This document shows, one piece after another, positions 8,275-13,895 of a stretch of 13,895 nt of DNA; position 1 is the stretch's first letter; every line of letters starts with the position of its first letter. Made by a program: the position numbers and the translations under genes. Location: the NCBI GenBank assembly GCA_043819075.1, contig JBDRFE010000016.1, positions 1 through 13,895 of the forward strand. Reading direction: 5' to 3'. Under the pieces are notes generated by a model. It ran no database searches. It worked only from the letters and a program-made list of their open reading frames with translations, and had not been told where the DNA came from. This stretch comes from an archaeon (GTDB lineage Archaea > Iainarchaeota > Iainarchaeia > Iainarchaeales > 1-14-0-10-31-34).

Positions 8275-9165
8275 TTACATTGCATCCAATGCCTTGATTC
8301 TGTCATCTATTGGAGGATGAGTGTTAAACATTCCCTTAAACCAGCTTTTATGTTTTTCTTTGAATGGATTAGAAATATACAAATTTTCTGTTGCCTCATT
8401 CGCAACCTCTAATGGCTCAACATCAGCTTTAATTTTTCTTAAAGCATCTGCCAGGCCTTTAGGGTAACGGGTAAGCAATGCGCCGTCTGCGTCAGCCAAA
8501 AACTCTCTTTTCCTTGAAATAGCAAACTGGATTAACTGGGCAATAATTGGCGTCAGGATTGCAAGAATTAAGCCAAAAACAATGAAAGCAACCTGAATTC
8601 CTCCGGAACCTCTTCTGTTTCCTGTTCCTCCCCACAAAAAGCTTCTCAAAATAATATTGCTTAACAACGCGGTTGTTCCCACTAAAACTGTTACTAACAT
8701 CATAAACCTTATGTCAAAGTTTTTTATATGAGACATTTCGTGTGCAATAACTCCCTCTAATTCTAATCTGTTCAGCCTTTGAACTGCTCCTTTGGTTACA
8801 ACAATCACTGCATGCTGGGGGTCTCTTCCAGTGGCAAAAGCATTAATTGCTGTATCGTCAATCAAAAACAGTTTTGGCTTTGGAATTCCAGCCGCAATAG
8901 CCAATCCTTCAACTGAATTATACAAATGAGGAAACTCTTTTTCGTTTACAGGTTTTGCTTTTGATACTGCCAAAACAAATGAATCACTTTTATAATAAGA
9001 TAAAAGCATTAAAGCCATGGCAATAAAAAATGCCATAAAAATTCCAAAATAGCCTAACCCCATTATTTCAGAAAAAACCCAGCCAAGAAATAAGTTAAAT
9101 AAAAAAAAGCCTGCAAACAATAGAATTGAATTCCTTTTGTTTGCGGCAATCCTGTCATAAATCAT
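8275..9165 (-). CDS. htpX: M48 family membrane zinc metalloprotease HtpX
   Basis: NAFATGRDP, ELEGVIAHEMSHIKNFD, ISRKREFLADA, THPP..RIKAL, four hydrophobic segments; downstream of lemA. Confidence 0.95.
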   Translation of the reverse strand: MIYDRIAANKRNSILLFAGFFLFNLFLGWVFSEIMGLGYFGIFMAFFIAMALMLLSYYKSDSFVLAVSKAKPVNEKEFPHLYNSVEGLAIAAGIPKPKLFLIDDTAINAFATGRDPQHAVIVVTKGAVQRLNRLELEGVIAHEMSHIKNFDIRFMMLVTVLVGTTALLSNIILRSFLWGGTGNRRGSGGIQVAFIVFGLILAILTPIIAQLIQFAISRKREFLADADGALLTRYPKGLADALRKIKADVEPLEVANEATENLYISNPFKEKHKSWFKGMFNTHPPIDDRIKALDAM

Positions 9166-9180
9166 TGCATCACTTTAAAG

Positions 9181-9732
9181 TCAGAAGCTGACTTTTGGCG
9201 CGGTTCTGGCAGCTTCCTCTACTTCAAAGAATTCTTTTGCAGTAAAACCAAACATTCCTGCAATTAAATTATTGGGGAAAGTCTGCATTGAATTATTGAA
9301 TTCCAAAACAGAGTCGTTGTAAAACTGTCTTGCATAAGCAATCTTTGACTCAATTCCATCCAATTGTTCCTGCAATAACTTAAAGTTTTCGTTTGCTTTA
9401 AGCTGAGGATAAGCTTCTGCCACAGCAAACAAAGATTTTAATGCTCCTGTCAGCATGTTTTCTGCCTGGGCTTTTGCATTCAAATTGCTTCCTGCACCCA
9501 TTGCAGCACTCCTGGCTTTTGTAACGTTTTCAAACACTTCTCTTTCGTGTTTTGCATAGCCTTTAACTGTTTCCACTAAATTAGGCACTAAATCAATTCT
9601 TTTTTTGAGCTGGACGTCAATCTGGCTCCAAGAATTGTTTACCCTGTTCCTTTTGACAATCAAGCCATTGTAGACTATGATAAAGAAAAAAATTATCAAC
9701 ACTAATACTATTGGTATAATCCATTCAATCAT
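9181..9732 (-). CDS. lemA: LemA family protein
   Basis: N-terminal TM helix, [59 protein letters not shown]. Start moved to ATG 9732, supported by RBS GGAGGT at 9741-9746 (minus). Confidence 0.96.
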   Translation of the reverse strand: MIEWIIPIVLVLIIFFFIIVYNGLIVKRNRVNNSWSQIDVQLKKRIDLVPNLVETVKGYAKHEREVFENVTKARSAAMGAGSNLNAKAQAENMLTGALKSLFAVAEAYPQLKANENFKLLQEQLDGIESKIAYARQFYNDSVLEFNNSMQTFPNNLIAGMFGFTAKEFFEVEEAARTAPKVSF

Positions 9733-9740
9733 AAAAAAAG

Positions 9741-9746
9741 ACCTCC
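9741..9746 (-). promoter_or_regulatory. Ribosome-binding site GGAGGT for lemA
   Basis: acctcc on the plus strand, 8 nt upstream of ATG 9732. Confidence 0.75.
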
Positions 9747-9873
9747 GATAGAAAAAATGGAATGAAATAAAATAAAAAGGGAATTGTTGAAAAAAAACTG
9801 CAAAAAAGAAAAAATCGGCTTTAAGCAAAAAAAAACATTCAAATAAAAGCTTTTTTTTTGATAATTGAATGAA

Positions 9874-11463
9874 ATGGAAAAAGAGCTGACTTTAAGAGCA
9901 ATACTAATTGGCTCAGTTTTAGCAGTAATAATTACAATGTATTCTGCTTTTGCTGGATTAAAAATCGGCGGAGTTTACTGGCCGATAACAACAGCCTCAA
10001 TAATGGCTTTAGGAATTCTCACAATTTTAGGCAACACAAACAAAAACGAAGTAAATGTAACACAAACCATTGCTTCTGCAGGAGGATTGCTTGCAGCAGG
10101 AATAATTTTTACTGTCCCAGCGCTGTATATTGCGGGCTTTGAAATTTCTTTAACCGAAATAACAATTATTTCTTTGGTTGGAGGAATAACCGGAGTGATT
10201 TTTTCTGTTCCGTTAAGAAAGCAGATGATTGAAAAAGAAAAATTAGAGTTTGCAGACGGAAAAGCCGCTGCAGCAATAATTGAAGCAGGAGACGAGAAAG
10301 GAACAAAAATTAAAACCCTGACAGCAATGTTTGGAATTGGAGTATTATTTTCTTTTTTAAGAGACTACCTGAAATTAATTCCTTCTTTCTGGAACATTGA
10401 CTTAATTAAAACAGAGTTATCAAAACTGTTTTCTTTTGGCTCAAGCATTTCCTTGATTCCTTTTTCAGGAGGCTATTTAATTGGCCCAAAGTTTACTGGA
10501 ATATGGTTTTTGGGGGCAGTGATTTCATATCTTGTGTTGATTCCATTTGTTGTGGCAAACAATTTTTTTTCAGACAAGTTTACTGCAGGAATTGAATTAA
10601 CAAAGCCCTTAGGAATTGGAATAGTAATTGGTGCAGCAGTAATGTATTTTTTGCTGAAAGGAATTCCTGCATTAAAAAACATTTTATCCGACTGGAAAGA
10701 ATCATTCAAAGAAAACCAGAAAATAATCGGGTTAATGCTGATTGTTTTGGTTGCTACACTTACAATAATAACTGAAATGAATTTAGTGCTGGCAATTACA
10801 GCAATTTTTGGAGCATTTGCAATGGCTTACATTGGAGGAAGAGTTACAGGAGAAATAAATGTTGACCCAATGGAATTGTTTGCATTAATTGTATTGATTG
10901 CGGCAAAAATTTTGTTCGGATTCAACGCAGTTTTTTTGGTTATCATTGCAGCAGTTGTATGCATTTCAGCTGGAATAGCAGGAGACACTTTACAGGACTT
11001 AAAAACAGGTTTTTTGCTTGGAACAAAACCAAAAAACCAGTTTATTGCACAATTAATCGGAGTTGTTGTTGGAGCATTAGTCATTGGTTTTGTGTTAATT
11101 GCATTGCAAAACTCTTATGGTTTTGGAGGAACAGAGCTTCCCGCGCCCCAGGCAATGGCTTTAAGCGAAATAATCAAATCAGATTCTCTTTCAGGAAACT
11201 TGTTGCTTGGAATTTTAATCGGAGGAATTCTGGCTTTACTTGTTTCTTTTTTTGAGTCAGCAATAATTGTTGTGGCTTTTGGAATAGGAGTTTATGTGCC
11301 AATTGAATTAAGCTTTCCTTTATTCGTTGGAGGAATGATAAGGTTTTATGCTGACAGAAAAAAGTGGACAGAAAAAGGAAGATTAATTGCAGCAGGATTA
11401 ATTGCAGGTGAAGGCTTTACAGGAGTAGTTTTGGCACTGCTTGGATTAGGAAAACTGGTATAA
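9874..11463 (+). CDS. OPT family oligopeptide transporter
   Basis: [70 protein letters not shown]; many TM helices. Start is ATG 9874 or TTG 9865. Confidence 0.92.
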   Translation: MEKELTLRAILIGSVLAVIITMYSAFAGLKIGGVYWPITTASIMALGILTILGNTNKNEVNVTQTIASAGGLLAAGIIFTVPALYIAGFEISLTEITIISLVGGITGVIFSVPLRKQMIEKEKLEFADGKAAAAIIEAGDEKGTKIKTLTAMFGIGVLFSFLRDYLKLIPSFWNIDLIKTELSKLFSFGSSISLIPFSGGYLIGPKFTGIWFLGAVISYLVLIPFVVANNFFSDKFTAGIELTKPLGIGIVIGAAVMYFLLKGIPALKNILSDWKESFKENQKIIGLMLIVLVATLTIITEMNLVLAITAIFGAFAMAYIGGRVTGEINVDPMELFALIVLIAAKILFGFNAVFLVIIAAVVCISAGIAGDTLQDLKTGFLLGTKPKNQFIAQLIGVVVGALVIGFVLIALQNSYGFGGTELPAPQAMALSEIIKSDSLSGNLLLGILIGGILALLVSFFESAIIVVAFGIGVYVPIELSFPLFVGGMIRFYADRKKWTEKGRLIAAGLIAGEGFTGVVLALLGLGKLV

Positions 11464-11486
11464 AAAAAACCAGTTTTAAAAAAAAA
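11462..11486 (-). terminator. T-tract archaeal-type terminator between convergent genes
   Basis: Two long A runs on the plus strand give oligo-T tracts on the minus strand just after the stop at 11487. Confidence 0.45.
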
Positions 11487-11780
11487 TTAATATTCTTTAG
11501 TAATTTTTTTCTCTATCAGCCTTCCTTTGTGATCGTATTCTTTTCTTAGTTTTTTAACCGGATGGCGAAGCGTTGGAGTAACGGTTTTTTCGGCGGTCGC
11601 CCTTAACCCTGTACCTGACCAAACTTTTCTTGTTTGAACATCCCCTGCGGGAATCCCGCCCCTGCCAGTGCGCTTAACAAATACTCCCGGACCAGGTATA
11701 AAATCTATTTCATTATGCTTTCCTGCCCTTGCTTTATCCATTGTTTTTTGCCTTAACCTTTTTTTCATGAACATTGGCAT
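11487..11780 (-). CDS. Small, highly basic hypothetical protein (97 aa)
   Basis: ATG 11780 (MPMFMKKRLR...) has RBS GGTGA at 11785-11789 and a TATA box at 11846-11853. K/R-rich; no family recognised. Confidence 0.7.
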   Translation of the reverse strand: MPMFMKKRLRQKTMDKARAGKHNEIDFIPGPGVFVKRTGRGGIPAGDVQTRKVWSGTGLRATAEKTVTPTLRHPVKKLRKEYDHKGRLIEKKITKEY

Positions 11781-11845
11781 TAAATCACCAAAAGAATTAC
11801 TCAACCAGAATTAATAAAGATTTCCTTTCCAAGGCTTTGCAGATT

Positions 11846-11853
11846 TATTTAAA
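11846..11853 (-). promoter_or_regulatory. Archaeal TATA box TTTAAATA
   Basis: Matches the consensus TTTAWATA with A-rich BRE-like sequence upstream; lies in the intergenic region before the basic orphan. Confidence 0.55.
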
Positions 11854-11867
11854 GTAGTTTTATTAAT

Positions 11868-12212
11868 TCAACTTAGTATTTCTATCTCAATTCTTTTTTT
11901 TGTTATTGGAATAAGCCTTAAAATGCCCTGATAGTGAAGTTCACTGAATTTTGCTATTTCAGGGGGGATTCTAACTACCAAAGAATTCCCTGACTTTGTA
12001 ACTGTTATTTTTCTATCCAAAGCGAACAGTTTTTTCTCTTTAACTTCTTTTTCCACTTCAGCCATTACCTCATCATCCAAATACTCTGCATTACATTTAG
12101 TGCAGACTTCACATTCTCTTACGCCAAAATCTATTCCAAAAAACTCCACTTCACAGTGGCTTTTCTTTAATCTCCCACCGCATCTGCACTTATAAGACAA
12201 TATTTTATCCAT
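11868..12212 (-). CDS. Putative antitoxin: YgiT/MqsA-type zinc ribbon fused to a C-terminal AbrB/MazE DNA-binding domain
   Basis: KCRCGG...EVCTKCNAEYLD (Zn ribbon), then RKITVTKSGNSLVVRIPPEIA (AbrB/MazE/SpoVT signature). Confidence 0.8.
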   Translation of the reverse strand: MDKILSYKCRCGGRLKKSHCEVEFFGIDFGVRECEVCTKCNAEYLDDEVMAEVEKEVKEKKLFALDRKITVTKSGNSLVVRIPPEIAKFSELHYQGILRLIPITKKRIEIEILS

Positions 12213-12217
12213 TCAAG

Positions 12218-12457
12218 TCACCATGTTTTAACCGTAACAGGAAAAATCTTCCTAATTTTTTGCTTTGAATAAACATATTCATCATAAACAACAGAATAAA
12301 AACCAAACAAAGATTCCATTAATCTCGTTTTCTTTTGCTTTCTTTTCTGCCCTTTCAAAATAGCCTCTTTTACCTCTTCTCTGGAAATTCCCCTTAACCA
12401 CATTCTCTCAATCATATGTTTTGTTCTTTTATGTTCCCAGTTAATCTTCAGTTCCAT
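12218..12457 (-). CDS. Putative DUF4258/RelE-like ribonuclease toxin
   Basis: TKHMIERMWLRGISREEVKEAILKG...VVY...VTV matches the DUF4258 pattern (sxHAxxRMxxRxIsxxeV); small, basic, 5 nt upstream of the zinc-finger gene. Confidence 0.72.
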   Translation of the reverse strand: MELKINWEHKRTKHMIERMWLRGISREEVKEAILKGQKRKQKKTRLMESLFGFYSVVYDEYVYSKQKIRKIFPVTVKTW

Positions 12458-12467
12458 CAGCTCACAT

Positions 12468-12495
12468 AATACATGTATTCTTAATAGTATTTAAA
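12468..12495 (-). promoter_or_regulatory. TA operon promoter: TATA box TTTAAATA (12488-12495) and 12-bp palindrome AATACATGTATT (12468-12479)
   Basis: Both elements are read directly from the sequence. The palindrome lies between the TATA box and the toxin start at 12457. Confidence 0.6.
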
Positions 12496-12619
12496 GGTTT
12501 TTGTTCGTTGATTCACGAAAAAAAGCATCTGCAAAAACTTAGTCATTATCTGCATATTTTCATGATCAGTGCAAGAAAAAGCTTTTGCACAAAGCTTGCA
12601 ATCACTGTTTAAAGAAAAA

Positions 12620-13105
12620 TTACTTTGATAATCCAAGCGAGGCAAACCCAACTGAAAGTATTCCGACTGAAAGCAATGTAATCATAATTCCTGCAAGAAT
12701 TACTCCTAAAGCAACTGAAAGAAAAGCCTCTTTTTTTGGTATTCCCAAAAGCTTTGAAGCCAGGGTTCCAGAGTAAGCTCCTGTTAAAGGAAGAGGAATT
12801 GCAACAAAAACCATTAACCCAAAAAAACCGTATTTTTGCACAAAAGGATTGGTTCTTGAATGCAGTGAATCCAACTGCTTTCTTATAAAAGGGAATTTTT
12901 CAAAAAAAGAAAAAACTAAATCCAAAAAAACAAAAACAAACGGAATTAACAGAATGTTTGTAAGAACACAGACAAAAAAAACAAGAAAAGGATTTAACCC
13001 AGAATAAATTCCCCAAGGAATTGCCCCTCTTAACTCAATATAAGGCAGTAAAGTAATCAGAATTAACTGAAAAATTTTGTCAGAAAAAAATGCAGTAAAA
13101 GTCAT
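12620..13105 (-). CDS. Small multi-drug export protein family (COG2426)
   Basis: LLPYIELRGAIPWG, KYGFFGLMVFVAIPLPLTGAYSG; four hydrophobic segments. Start is ATG 13105 or TTG 13111. Confidence 0.9.
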   Translation of the reverse strand: MTFTAFFSDKIFQLILITLLPYIELRGAIPWGIYSGLNPFLVFFVCVLTNILLIPFVFVFLDLVFSFFEKFPFIRKQLDSLHSRTNPFVQKYGFFGLMVFVAIPLPLTGAYSGTLASKLLGIPKKEAFLSVALGVILAGIMITLLSVGILSVGFASLGLSK

Positions 13106-13227
13106 GTTCAAGCCTTGAATGATTTAAAAAGGAATAAAAGCATTAAAAAACATTTTCTCTCAGGATATAATACTAATTCTGGCTGTTCAAAACGAGTAAT
13201 AGCCATTTATCCGGGGGGGGAATTAAA

Positions 13228-13895
13228 TTGAACAAAAAAATTGTTTTGCCTTTGCTATTAATAATGATAATTTCAGCTGCTTCAGCTGCAATAACAGTTA
13301 ATGTTACAGCACCAAATTCTTCAACAAAAATAAATTCAACAACAACTTCTTTTAACACAAATTTTACCGTCAGCTATGACGGAAACCTGTCTTTAGCTTC
13401 AAACATTTATCTTGACAATGATACAAACAATTCATCTTTCCTTCAGACACTTGCAACAGGAACAGCCACATTAAACGGAGCAAACACTTTTTCATGGAAT
13501 ACTTCTACTCTAACAGACGGAACATATTATATTTTTGTTAGGACAACAGACTCAAACCAGACAGCAGGCAATTACTCTGCAGGATTTCTGGTTGACAAAA
13601 CAATTCCTTCTGCAGTAACAGACCTAAATGCAACAGCAGGAAACATGCAGATAAATTTAATCTGGACTGCTTCAGCAAGCACTGATGTAAACCAACACAA
13701 TATTTACAGGAGCACAACAAATGGATTCACCCCTTCAGCAGCAAACTTTTTAAGGGCAGTTACAGCAACAAATTTCACTGACTCAAATGTTGTTTTTGGG
13801 ACAACATATTATTACATTTTAAAGGCAATGGATTCTGCCGGAAATTTATCAAATAATTCAAGTCAGGTTTATTCCAGTGCACTGGATTCAACTGC
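13228..13895 (+). CDS. Secreted surface glycoprotein-like protein with Ig-like and fibronectin type III domains; 3'-truncated by the window edge (absent from the ORF track)
   Basis: TTG 13228 follows a G8 RBS-like run at 13213-13220. The frame is open to the edge: MNKKIVLPLLLIMIISAASA (signal peptide), AITVNVTAPNSS..FSWNTSTLTDGTYYIFV (Ig-like), DKTIPSAVTDLNATAGNMQINLIWTAS..HNIYRS..FTDSNV..TYYYILKAMDSAGNLS (FN3). Confidence 0.88.
   Translation, partial: MNKKIVLPLLLIMIISAASAAITVNVTAPNSSTKINSTTTSFNTNFTVSYDGNLSLASNIYLDNDTNNSSFLQTLATGTATLNGANTFSWNTSTLTDGTYYIFVRTTDSNQTAGNYSAGFLVDKTIPSAVTDLNATAGNMQINLIWTASASTDVNQHNIYRSTTNGFTPSAANFLRAVTATNFTDSNVVFGTTYYYILKAMDSAGNLSNNSSQVYSSALDST

Noticed and set aside
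9733..9828. Extended N-terminus of LemA in the ORF track
   Set aside because: The Phe-rich translation comes from intergenic A tracts; the strong RBS supports ATG 9732.
12520..12610. Clustered TGCA words and an imperfect hairpin (GTGCAAGA..TTTTGCAC, 12569-12590) as a possible ncRNA or CRISPR-like element
   Set aside because: The units are short, irregular and not conserved, and TGCA is common throughout the window. At most this is a weak terminator.
1..13895. CRISPR array, tRNA/rRNA, transposase/integrase or DGR template-variable repeat pair
   Set aside because: I saw no such repeats or motifs by eye. A self dot-plot and tRNAscan/Infernal run would be needed to exclude them fully.

Overview
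This AT-rich window looks archaeal: it has TTTAAATA TATA boxes, GGTGA/GGAGGT ribosome-binding sites and T-tract terminators. Gene content suggests a DPANN lineage, possibly Diapherotrites/Iainarchaeota; that placement is inference only. From left to right: (1) a giant multidomain surface protein whose frame is open from the left edge (>1600 aa), with a metzincin-like HEXXH protease, CARDB/Ig/ASH-like modules, a LamG domain inserted inside a CARDB domain and a partial propeller; (2) a translationally coupled secreted protein; (3) an apt-mtnP purine salvage pair; (4) a TraB/Tiki-like gene split by one in-frame TGA; (5) lemA-htpX; (6) an OPT-family transporter; (7) a basic orphan; (8) a DUF4258-like toxin plus zinc-finger/AbrB antitoxin pair with a candidate operator palindrome; (9) a COG2426 small multidrug export protein; (10) a secreted Ig/FN3 protein running off the right edge, which the ORF track missed. 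The most notable signal is a strong excess of D-x-N tripeptides in all three putative extracellular proteins, a possible non-canonical glycosylation or surface-modification sequon.
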